Positions 1-6,956 of a stretch of DNA of 11,450 nt are shown one piece after another. Positions within the stretch are counted from its first letter, which is position 1. Each line of letters begins with the position of its first letter. The notes beneath the pieces are model-generated. The model saw nothing but the letters and a program-made list of their open reading frames with translations, had not been told where the DNA came from and did no database searches. A program made the translations under genes and the position numbers. The stretch is taken from positions 1 to 11,450 of the forward strand of contig JBMSQQ010000103.1 in NCBI GenBank assembly GCA_049423385.1, written 5' to 3'. The DNA is from Silvanigrellaceae bacterium (GTDB taxonomy: Bacteria; Bdellovibrionota_B; Oligoflexia; Silvanigrellales; Silvanigrellaceae).

Positions 1-2
1 AA

Positions 3-1082
3 TTCTCTGCGTTTGAAGGCACAGCTGCGTCACGCCTGGCAAGGTTTGATTCATCGGGTGTGTTCAGCACGGACTTCAATTCCGGATTGGGGACGGGTGG
101 AGTCAATGGAGATGTTGAGGCTCTCGCCTATGATTCGAGTTTGAAAGCTCTGTATGCTGGTGGCAGCTTTACCCAGGTTGGCATGACGAATTCGAACCGC
201 ATCGCCAAATTGCACACCACCGAAGACGCTCCTGTAGCGCCCGATTTGCCGGCTTTTTATCTTGGAAACTTGTTTACTGATTTCAGTTCTGGAACGGGAT
301 TCAACGGGACAGTCAGAGCGCTCGCTAAAAAACCTTCTGGAAGTGGAATTTATGTTGGCGGTGAATTCACTACCTACAACAGCAACGCATATGCCCGATT
401 GGTGAAACTCAACAGCAATGGTTCGGTGGATCCGACAATTGACATGGGCAATGGCTTTGCTCTCACGCGCGGAGGCAACGCGACCGTGAATGCGTTGCTG
501 ACAAATGGTTCGTCCATATTTGTAGGCGGCGAATTCGACACCTTCAAGGACGAGCCCGTGAGCCGAGTGGTGAAGCTCGACACTGCAGGTGAATTGGACA
601 CGTCATTCGATGTTGCATCTGGACCCAATCAGACTGTGAACGCGCTTGCCTTGCGTGGCTCTGATCTGTTCGTGGGCGGCCAGTTCACTGCGTATTCGGG
701 CAATTCCAGCGCGCAAAGATTGGCACGTCTCGATGCAACAACCGGAGCATTGAAAACGGATGATCTTTACAACGTCAATGGCACAGTCCGTGCGCTCGGA
801 GTTGATGTAAACGGACGTGTGTACGTGGGCGGATCATTCACGATCGTGAATGGAACAAGCACAGGTCCTCTGGCAAGAATCTTGTTGAGCAACGATTTTG
901 ATACGTCTTTCGGAGCCGTTGGAACTGTTTATTTGAATGCCAACCTTGCTGCTGGAATCTACACCCTGCTGCCCTTTGCAACTGCCGACGCTACTCCAAT
1001 CAACATGCTGCTCTCAGGCGGCCTGTTTTCGACATTCAAATTTTTGAGTTCTCCTTCGACGTATTTGTGGGAGTCACCTTGA
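3..1082 (+). CDS. Delta-60 repeat (DUF5122-like) beta-propeller protein, 5'-truncated by the window edge
   Basis: The frame is open from base 3 (FSAFEGTAASRLARFDSSG...), so GTG 60 is probably not the start. Repeated ~50-60 aa unit V-x-AL-...-(L/I)(Y/F)VGG-x-F-...-R(L/I)(A/V)(K/R)L-...-G-x-(L/V)D-x-(S/T)F occurs at least five times (ALYAGGSFT, IYVGGEFT, IFVGGEFD, LFVGGQFT, VYVGGSFT). Stop TGA 1080-1082. Confidence 0.8.
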   Translation, partial: FSAFEGTAASRLARFDSSGVFSTDFNSGLGTGGVNGDVEALAYDSSLKALYAGGSFTQVGMTNSNRIAKLHTTEDAPVAPDLPAFYLGNLFTDFSSGTGFNGTVRALAKKPSGSGIYVGGEFTTYNSNAYARLVKLNSNGSVDPTIDMGNGFALTRGGNATVNALLTNGSSIFVGGEFDTFKDEPVSRVVKLDTAGELDTSFDVASGPNQTVNALALRGSDLFVGGQFTAYSGNSSAQRLARLDATTGALKTDDLYNVNGTVRALGVDVNGRVYVGGSFTIVNGTSTGPLARILLSNDFDTSFGAVGTVYLNANLAAGIYTLLPFATADATPINMLLSGGLFSTFKFLSSPSTYLWESP

Positions 1083-1100
1083 TTCAGTCCATGAAATGAG

Positions 1101-1134
1101 AAGACCAGGCAGACGTGCTTGGTCTTGGGTTTTC
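1101..1134 (+). terminator. Probable intrinsic terminator hairpin of the delta-60 gene
   Basis: AAGACCAGGCA-GACG-TGCTTGGTCTT (11-bp stem with one G-U, 1101-1126), 18 nt after the stop, followed by GGGTTTT. The U-tract is imperfect. A second hairpin (CTGAAGC 1144-1150 / GCTTCAG 1165-1171) lies toward the convergent ORF. Confidence 0.5.
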
Positions 1135-1187
1135 GACTTCAAACTGAAGCTGTCCGTGCTTGATGCTTCAGCTGAAGTGCTATGCGA

Positions 1188-1382
1188 TCAGCGATAACCG
1201 ATTGGAATACACGAGCGTGGATCGGAATATTTGCAGGTGAAATTCAGGTAATTGTAAAACTCGAAAAAACTGAGCGCGCCCTCGGCCGAGCCATTGTTGA
1301 GTTGCCGATAGGAAGCCAAGTATCTTTGATAACTTGCTTTAATCTTTGAGTATTGCAAGGACATCGTTCTTGAACTGTACAT
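1188..1382 (-). CDS. Small hypothetical protein, 64 aa (MYSSRTMSLQYSKIKASYQRYLASYRQLNNGSAEGALSFFEFYNYLNFTCKYSDPRSCIPIGYR)
   Basis: ATG at 1382 with purine-rich GGAAGGG 8 nt upstream. It fills the gap between csrA and the convergent hairpins. No family recognised. Confidence 0.5.
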   Translation of the reverse strand: MYSSRTMSLQYSKIKASYQRYLASYRQLNNGSAEGALSFFEFYNYLNFTCKYSDPRSCIPIGYR

Positions 1383-1385
1383 AAA

Positions 1386-1450
1386 CCGATCCCTTCCCAC
1401 CCATATTCATGGAAGGAATCGGCCAAATTTGCCGTCACCTTGAGCGGCAA
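1386..1450 (-). promoter_or_regulatory. Two tandem hairpins after the csrA stop; the second is terminator-like and covers the RBS of the 64-aa ORF
   Basis: Minus strand: TTGCCG...CGGCAA (1450-1429), then CCGATTCCTTCC-N13-GGAAGGGATCGG (12-bp stem, one G-U, 1422-1386) immediately followed by TTT-ATG. Confidence 0.5.
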
Positions 1451-1452
1451 CG

Positions 1453-1884
1453 TCAACGCTTTTTGTTGTTTGATTTTGTGTCGTCGGATTCTGATTCAAA
1501 CCCGCCGTCATCTTGCTGGGGTGCCGGATTGGCTCTGCGGATTTCAACCCTTCTGAAAACTTGACCACCCACGGCGCCACTGCTGCTGAGCTTGCCACTT
1601 CCGGTTTTCTTGTCGGTACCGGCGCTGTCGTCGGCCGGCTTCGAATCTGGGTTTTGGGCGTTCTTAAGCAACTCGCCAGCAGCTTTGGTTGAGCCCATGT
1701 CGGAGCGCATTGCTTCCTTTATTTCTTGTTGGATTTTTTGATAAATCTCTTCACGATGCACAACGGTGTTGCGGTCGGCTTGAACGCCGAGCCGAACCTG
1801 TTTTCCCTTGATGGCCATCACGACGATCTTGATATTGTCGCCAATGGCAATGACATCTCCGACTTTTCTTGTCAGTACGAGCAC
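1453..1884 (-). CDS. csrA: Carbon storage regulator CsrA (143 aa, long C-terminal extension)
   Basis: GTG at 1884 gives MLVLTRKVGDVIAIGDNIKIVVMAIKGKQVRLGVQADRNTVVHREEIYQKIQQE, the classical CsrA/RsmA signature (MLVLTR, V(R/K)LG, HREEIY). GGAGG lies upstream. The ORF track start at 1977 is too far upstream. Confidence 0.95.
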   Translation of the reverse strand: MLVLTRKVGDVIAIGDNIKIVVMAIKGKQVRLGVQADRNTVVHREEIYQKIQQEIKEAMRSDMGSTKAAGELLKNAQNPDSKPADDSAGTDKKTGSGKLSSSGAVGGQVFRRVEIRRANPAPQQDDGGFESESDDTKSNNKKR

Positions 1885-1887
1885 TTT

Positions 1888-1907
1888 GCAGACCCTCCAT
1901 GGCCAGC
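1888..1907 (-). promoter_or_regulatory. CsrA-type binding hairpin overlapping the csrA Shine-Dalgarno
   Basis: Minus strand GCUGGCC-AUGGAG-GGUCUGC: an ANGGAN hexaloop on a 7-position stem (one G-U pair, one U-U mismatch), ending 3 nt before the GTG start. Confidence 0.6.
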
Positions 1908-2226
1908 GACACAAGGTAGATTCCTGCGGTGTTGTTGCCTGCTCTCGGCCTGAACCAAAATTCAAGCGAACCACCACGGACGCGCCTGCATATCACCGCA
2001 GTGATATTAGTCAAGCAAGCACTTCCCTGCTTGTGCCTCGTCCGTTGAGGCACACACTCTATTTTTGACCTGTTGCTCCCAGATTCAATGTTTCAGCGTC
2101 AAATCGTCGACCTATGAGGCAAAATTTTGCGCAGAACCGCAAAACATTACAAACTGCGGCAAATGTGCTAACAACGACCGAGACTTCCGGCGCTTTCCGG
2201 CAGACATGAGACGAGGGGATTGAACC

Positions 2227-3012
2227 GTGTTCACAGCCAATCGCAGGCAAAATGATTCTTCAGACACCATGCAACAAGGTCGCGTCGGGGCCGGAACGGT
2301 CAAGCGTCCAATTTTTGAGGAGACGTCCGAGAGGGCTATCAAGGCAGCCCACAGACGCAAATGGACCATGATTGCCACAGTCGCTCTGGTTGTCCTCATC
2401 GGCGCGGGTCTTTTGGGCTTCTCTTGGTACAAAGGGCGACAAGAACGCGCGCTGACCCAGGCATATTTGGAGATCGACGCGATTTATCAGAACGAGAACC
2501 AAGCATTCGAAGAAAAATTGAAGACGGATCCCAAGCTTAACACTCCGGATGCGCGTCCCGATCACGCCGGAAGCACGCAGAAATTTGAAGAATTTGCCAA
2601 GACCTACTCCAAGGCGCCTATCGGTTGGCAGGCAGCGTTGCGTGCGTCTAACAATTACATTGAGCAGCAAAAGTATGCCGAGGCGCAGGCGCTATTGGAG
2701 CCTTTGCTCATCAAGACTCTCAAGCACGTCGTCTTTCAAGTTCGGGTCAGAAAAACACTTGCCGGAATTCTTGCTGAACAGGGTCAAATGGACAAAGCTC
2801 TCGAGGAACTGAATTTTCTCGAGAAGCTTGCAGAGAATCCGATTGTTGCGGATGTGAAGCTTATGCGTGCACAGATTCTGTTCAAGAAGGGGCAGAAAGA
2901 GGATGCAGCGAATCTTCTGCGTGAGTTGGCCGCAGACAAGTCGCCCGCGGAAGGTAGTGCTCGTTCCATTGCGAGCGAAGCTGCGCTCTGGCTGGGTTAT
3001 TGGGGACTGTGA
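2227..3012 (+). CDS. YfgM-like membrane-anchored tetratricopeptide-repeat protein (ancillary SecYEG subunit family)
   Basis: GTG 2227 with GAGGGG 8 nt upstream. Basic residues (HRRKW) precede a single TM segment (MIATVALVVLIGAGLLGFSWY), then TPR-like helices (LAGILAEQGQMDKALEEL, RAQILFKKGQKEDAANLL). It sits directly upstream of a BamB-like gene, as yfgM does. Confidence 0.75.
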   Translation: MFTANRRQNDSSDTMQQGRVGAGTVKRPIFEETSERAIKAAHRRKWTMIATVALVVLIGAGLLGFSWYKGRQERALTQAYLEIDAIYQNENQAFEEKLKTDPKLNTPDARPDHAGSTQKFEEFAKTYSKAPIGWQAALRASNNYIEQQKYAEAQALLEPLLIKTLKHVVFQVRVRKTLAGILAEQGQMDKALEELNFLEKLAENPIVADVKLMRAQILFKKGQKEDAANLLRELAADKSPAEGSARSIASEAALWLGYWGL

Positions 3013-3013
3013 A

Positions 3014-4429
3014 ATGAGTTTCAATTCTGCTTGCCACGCTGCTTGGTTCCGCCGTTTTTGTATGCTTGGCGTTATTGGCTTGGGCTCTTTTTCTCAGCTT
3101 TTGCATGCTGGCCTGATCCAGGAGACCACCGCGTTTTTTCCCATCAGCCCATCGAAGCTTCCGCGTATTGAACGTACTTCAACTTTGGCAGATCAGGCTT
3201 CGGCGGGGTTTGCTGCATTGCCAGCTGAAAAAGGCGGAGCGGTGCAAGCTTTTGTGCGACGATTTAAAAAGGCAGGATCTGAATTCGATGCGCCCGTTCT
3301 TCCTGTCTGCGGACAGGCTCCGGATGCAAACTCTATGGGTTGCTACAACCTTGGCACTGGAGAGCTCCTTGCAGATATTCCCACTCCTGGACAGCTGACG
3401 ACCACGCCTCAATTTTTTGAAAGTTCCTGGTACGTCGGGACTTCACGAGGGTTTTTTATCCGCTACGATTCGAACGGCGTGTTGAACACGCCCAACTTCG
3501 GAATCGCGAGTCTCTTTTTTCATGGCCCCGATTCCAAACTCGTGATGAAGGCGCTGGCGTCGTCTGCCTCAGGACCCGCGAGTGGAGCGGACAGTTCACA
3601 GCAGTCGTTGAAGACCGGTTTCAGGGGCGCCTGGAATTGGTACGCCACTGCGAACGCTGAATTCATTGGAACTCCCCAGTTTGGTGGCGGAAGTGTTTTT
3701 GTGCTGACTGCCAACCAGTCGCTCAATTCTTACGATATACAATCGGGACGATTGAATTGGGGTGTTCGACTGGCGCCAGAAGTTCAGTTGCGATTGACGT
3801 CTTCCTCACTCCTGCTCCATGAGCGGGGTTTGATTGTGGGATCGAGCGACGGCAATCTCATGCTTTTGGATCCCAAAAATGGGCAAACGCTGTGGCGACA
3901 CACGGTTTCCGGTGGAACAACGGATCGCTTTTCGGCGATCTCTGCTCCTGCTCTTGCGTTGTCGGATGGAATTATTGTTTCCAACGCGGAAAGTTCAACG
4001 CAGCGTCTCAATTGGGAAACTCGATCGGTAGAATGGTCGTATCCGGTTGGTTCCGTCGTTCAGCCAAAATACGACGAAGGAAGTGTGTTTGTTGCAGGAG
4101 CAGACGGATCGTTGCACAAGCTCGATCTTCGGTCCGGACGCTTGTTGTGGCGGACGCAGTTGCCTGCAACGAGCCCGTTGATTGCAATGACCCTTCTCAA
4201 GAAAAAAGAAACTGTTCTGGTTGCGACCGCAAATGGTCAATTGTTTGCGGTTGGAATGACGTTGGGCTCGCTGGATGGGACCGGTCCTGCTTCGACTTTC
4301 GGTTCCGTGACGGGTGATTTTTTTGCGGGTCGATCTGATCAAAACGAAGTTTGCCTGAGTTACCGGACCCCAGGATACGCATGTTGGACTTGGAACCCGG
4401 AAGCGAGAACTTTCCCTGATGAGAAATAA
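3014..4429 (+). CDS. PQQ-like beta-propeller repeat protein, BamB-like (471 aa)
   Basis: ATG 3014, 1 nt after the upstream stop. N-terminal signal-like segment, then PQQ-type blades (SYDIQSGRLNW, LLDPKNGQTLWR, VFVAGADGSLHKLDLRSGRLLWR, VLVATANGQLFAV). yfgM-bamB synteny. The ORF track start at 2867 overlaps the upstream gene and is unlikely. Confidence 0.75.
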   Translation: MSFNSACHAAWFRRFCMLGVIGLGSFSQLLHAGLIQETTAFFPISPSKLPRIERTSTLADQASAGFAALPAEKGGAVQAFVRRFKKAGSEFDAPVLPVCGQAPDANSMGCYNLGTGELLADIPTPGQLTTTPQFFESSWYVGTSRGFFIRYDSNGVLNTPNFGIASLFFHGPDSKLVMKALASSASGPASGADSSQQSLKTGFRGAWNWYATANAEFIGTPQFGGGSVFVLTANQSLNSYDIQSGRLNWGVRLAPEVQLRLTSSSLLLHERGLIVGSSDGNLMLLDPKNGQTLWRHTVSGGTTDRFSAISAPALALSDGIIVSNAESSTQRLNWETRSVEWSYPVGSVVQPKYDEGSVFVAGADGSLHKLDLRSGRLLWRTQLPATSPLIAMTLLKKKETVLVATANGQLFAVGMTLGSLDGTGPASTFGSVTGDFFAGRSDQNEVCLSYRTPGYACWTWNPEARTFPDEK

Positions 4430-5012
4430 GGTCAAACATTCGGTAAGTCTGTCGAGGCTCCCCTTGAAGCTGAATGCAGAGACGAACTCTGTAAAGTCAT
4501 CCAAGGCAAAGCTGCAATGGGACAAATCCAATTTGCAGGCACGAATAGAATTTATTCTTGGCCTTTTGTGCCTTCAACCAAGCACATTGCACGTCGAGTT
4601 CTTGGATGTCGTGGAGATGGGAGCGCTCAATTGGCAATTTCGCGGCAAAGGTCAGGCAACCGATGTTCTGAGTTTTGTGCCACATGCAGCTGCGCAGAAA
4701 TCCGAATCTGGTCTTTCCGAAAGGAAGGGCCCTGTTGTGAATTTGGGTGACCTTGCGGTTTGTGTTGAGGTTTGTGCGACACAGGCCAAGCGGCATCGCT
4801 GTAGTTTGGCGGACGAACTCGAACGCATGATTGTTCATGGTCTTGTTCATTTGAAAGGCTTGGATCACGATCGATCACCTGCTGCATATGCGGTCATGAC
4901 TGCACTGGAAAAGGCCATTCGAACTCAATTGAAACTGGAATTTGGCGCAGCGGATTTCTGCAGGTTGAGCGAAGCCACCGAGACTCCCAAGAAGCGTGAG
5001 GTGCGCCGGTGA
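4419..5012 (+). CDS. ybeY: rRNA maturation endoribonuclease YbeY
   Basis: Motifs LNWQFRGKGQATDVLSF, LGDLAVC and the H-x3-H-x5-H zinc site HGLVHLKGLDH. The start codon is uncertain (no clear SD, N-terminal extension). Confidence 0.93.
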   Translation: MRNKVKHSVSLSRLPLKLNAETNSVKSSKAKLQWDKSNLQARIEFILGLLCLQPSTLHVEFLDVVEMGALNWQFRGKGQATDVLSFVPHAAAQKSESGLSERKGPVVNLGDLAVCVEVCATQAKRHRCSLADELERMIVHGLVHLKGLDHDRSPAAYAVMTALEKAIRTQLKLEFGAADFCRLSEATETPKKREVRR

Positions 5013-6373
5013 TGTCGGATGGGTTGCTGTGGGGTCTGTTTGTTGTATTGGTCTGTCTTGCCTTGAGTGCCTTTTTTTCTGCAACAGAGACAGCTCTCAC
5101 AAGTCTTTCGTCACTGAAAGCCAAACACATCCGGGAAAATCACGGTCGAGCGGGCAAGGTCTTTGACCTCTGGCTCAACTCCCCCCATCGTGTGCTTGCG
5201 GCCGTGCTGATCGGAAACAATCTGGTCAATATTTTCGCATCCATCTACGCGGACAATCTCATCTCGAAATCATTCGGTCATGCCTCGGTCGAACTTGTGA
5301 CTGCCGTTATGACCATTGTCATCGTTTTGTTCGCAGAGATTGTTCCAAAAACACTGGCCAAGACTTATTCCACGCAAGTTGCATTGCCGCTTCTGTATAT
5401 CTTTCGGCTGTTTTATTTTCTGTTGTTTCCCTTCACCTGGTTGCTTTCCAGCCTGTCCGATCTTGTTTCGCACGCCGTACGCAAGCGAAATGTGAAGACC
5501 GCTCCGCAAATCACCGAGGAAGAACTTGAATTCCTGATTGACGTTGGTGAAGAGGAAGGCGTTCTGGCCGAGCAAAAGCATGAAATGTTGAGCGGTATTT
5601 TTGAGCTGGGAGATACGGTTGTTCGTGAAGTCATGGTTCACAGAACTGACATGACAGCCTTGCCATTGAACTCGACAATTCATGACGCGGCTGACCTCTT
5701 TCGTGAAAGAGGACTTTCCAGAATGCCGATTTACGATGGCCGGGTCGACAACATCATCGGTATTTTGCACCTGAAGGACATTCTTTTTTATATCAAAAAG
5801 CATGCCCACGACGATTCACATTGGGAAGCACCCATTTCTGAAATCAAGCGCGATGCCATGTTTGTTCCTGAAAGCAAACCGGTGGATCAGTTGTTTCAGG
5901 AGATGCGTAAAAATCGCCAACACATGGCCATTGTTCTCGACGAATATGGCGGAACGAGCGGTGTTGTAACGATGGAAGACATTCTGGAAGAAATTGTCGG
6001 CGAAATCCGCGACGAATTCGACAACGAAGAAGATGCCATTCGGCCGACTCAGCAACCCAATCAATATTTGATTGAATGCAAGATTCACATCGATGACTTT
6101 TGCGACTTCTTTGACCTTCCTCGCAGCGAGATCGCCGAGGATAATCAGGCTGTGGAATTCGACACATTGGGCGGGCTGATTTTGCACCACATTGGTCAGA
6201 TTCCGAGAATTGGCGACAGGCTGACAATTGGTCGGGTGGTGTTGGAAGTCATGGAGGTCAGTCGTCGTCGTGTTCGTCGGGTGATCGCAAGCGTTCAGGC
6301 TGGAGACGGATCACCAATGGAAGGTTTGCCACCGATCTCAGTGGCTCCAAACACACACACCTCTGCGACTTGA
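5012..6373 (+). CDS. HlyC/CorC-family (CNNM/DUF21 + CBS pair + CorC_HlyC) membrane protein, putative Mg2+/Co2+ transporter
   Basis: [33 protein letters not shown] (DUF21); [59 protein letters not shown] (CBS); [20 protein letters not shown] (CorC_HlyC). ATG 5012 overlaps the ybeY stop (TGATG) with GAGGTG upstream; GTG 5009 is the alternative start. Confidence 0.93.
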   Translation: MSDGLLWGLFVVLVCLALSAFFSATETALTSLSSLKAKHIRENHGRAGKVFDLWLNSPHRVLAAVLIGNNLVNIFASIYADNLISKSFGHASVELVTAVMTIVIVLFAEIVPKTLAKTYSTQVALPLLYIFRLFYFLLFPFTWLLSSLSDLVSHAVRKRNVKTAPQITEEELEFLIDVGEEEGVLAEQKHEMLSGIFELGDTVVREVMVHRTDMTALPLNSTIHDAADLFRERGLSRMPIYDGRVDNIIGILHLKDILFYIKKHAHDDSHWEAPISEIKRDAMFVPESKPVDQLFQEMRKNRQHMAIVLDEYGGTSGVVTMEDILEEIVGEIRDEFDNEEDAIRPTQQPNQYLIECKIHIDDFCDFFDLPRSEIAEDNQAVEFDTLGGLILHHIGQIPRIGDRLTIGRVVLEVMEVSRRRVRRVIASVQAGDGSPMEGLPPISVAPNTHTSAT

Positions 6374-6420
6374 CCTTCGGGAATTATGGGATTTACCGCC
6401 CAGATCTTCTTTCATTGGGC

Positions 6421-6449
6421 AAAAAAAAGTGAGGCTCAATCGCCTCACT
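6421..6449 (-). terminator. Rho-independent terminator of the acidic-protein gene
   Basis: Minus strand AGTGAGGC-GATTGA-GCCTCAC-TTTTTTTT: a perfect stem followed by 8 T. The TGA stop (6447-6445) lies inside the 5' arm. Confidence 0.88.
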
Positions 6450-6786
6450 CATCCTCATCCTCATCCTCGTCTTCGTCTTCATCGAAGTCATCGTCGTCTT
6501 CATCGTCGAGGTCTTCTTCATCTTCGTCTTCAAAGTCGTCGAGGTCTCCCTCATCTTCTTCGAAGTCCTCATCGAACTCATCCTCTTCGAGGTCTTCGTC
6601 GAAGTCTTCATCATCGAGGTCTTCAAATTCTTCGTCTTCGTCGCCGAAATCGTCGTCTTCGTCGTCCTCGACCTCTTCGTCCTCGTCGTCATCTTTCGCA
6701 CCGCGACCTTTTGAGGGCGTCAGCACGCCGGGCAAAAGCACATCCAACAGATCGGAATGATCATTGGTGCGGACTTCAAATACCAT
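6445..6786 (-). CDS. Hypothetical hyper-acidic protein, 113 aa (31-aa N-terminal peptide + 82-aa D/E tract)
   Basis: ATG 6786 with GGAGG 6 nt upstream; a terminator overlaps the stop. Sequence MVFEVRTNDHSDLLDVLLPGVLTPSKGRGAK then 82 residues of which 68 are D/E by manual count, the rest F/L/V/G. Confidence 0.8.
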   Translation of the reverse strand: MVFEVRTNDHSDLLDVLLPGVLTPSKGRGAKDDDEDEEVEDDEDDDFGDEDEEFEDLDDEDFDEDLEEDEFDEDFEEDEGDLDDFEDEDEEDLDDEDDDDFDEDEDEDEDEDE

Positions 6787-6956
6787 TATCAACCTCCGGA
6801 AAGTATATCTACGGCACTGTCTGTTGCGCCGAATCTGGGCCAGCGCATAAAACGGATGCCATGCTCTTTCGATGACAAGAATCAGGTAATCAAAACTCGA
6901 AAACGAACGCAAGTGGGGCTGGGGATCTTTTTCCGGTTTCGGTTCCGGCGCCGGAG

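Noticed and set aside
1885..1977. N-terminal extension of CsrA given by the ORF track
   Set aside because: CsrA proteins begin at MLVL, and a GGAGG precedes GTG 1884.
2014..2226. Hairpins (GTGCCTC/GAGGCAC near 2033-2053) and partial sigma70 boxes in the csrA-yfgM divergent region, as an sRNA or defined promoters
   Set aside because: There is no repeated GGA-loop pattern of a Csr/Rsm sRNA, no terminator, and no -35/-10 pair with convincing match and spacing.
2867..3013. Longer start for the BamB-like ORF
   Set aside because: It overlaps the YfgM-like gene by 146 nt and would bury the signal peptide.
6398..6428. GCCCA...TGGGC hairpin followed by A8 as a terminator for the CNNM/CorC gene
   Set aside because: It is followed by A rather than T on the + strand. 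The A8 run belongs to the minus-strand terminator at 6421-6449.
6448..6693. TCN trinucleotide-like tract as a microsatellite or CRISPR-like array
   Set aside because: There is no constant repeat with unique spacers and no cas genes. Third-position variation is explained by Asp/Glu coding.
6393..6701. K/T/M/R-rich minus-strand ORF overlapping the acidic gene
   Set aside because: It is a shifted reading of the same GAN repeats, has no evident RBS, and runs through the terminator at 6421-6449.
6386..6760. Poly-serine ORF on + (and the overlapping His/Arg-rich ORF 6429-6875)
   Set aside because: These are antisense shadows of GAN codons. The RBS and the terminator U-tract both point to the minus-strand D/E frame.
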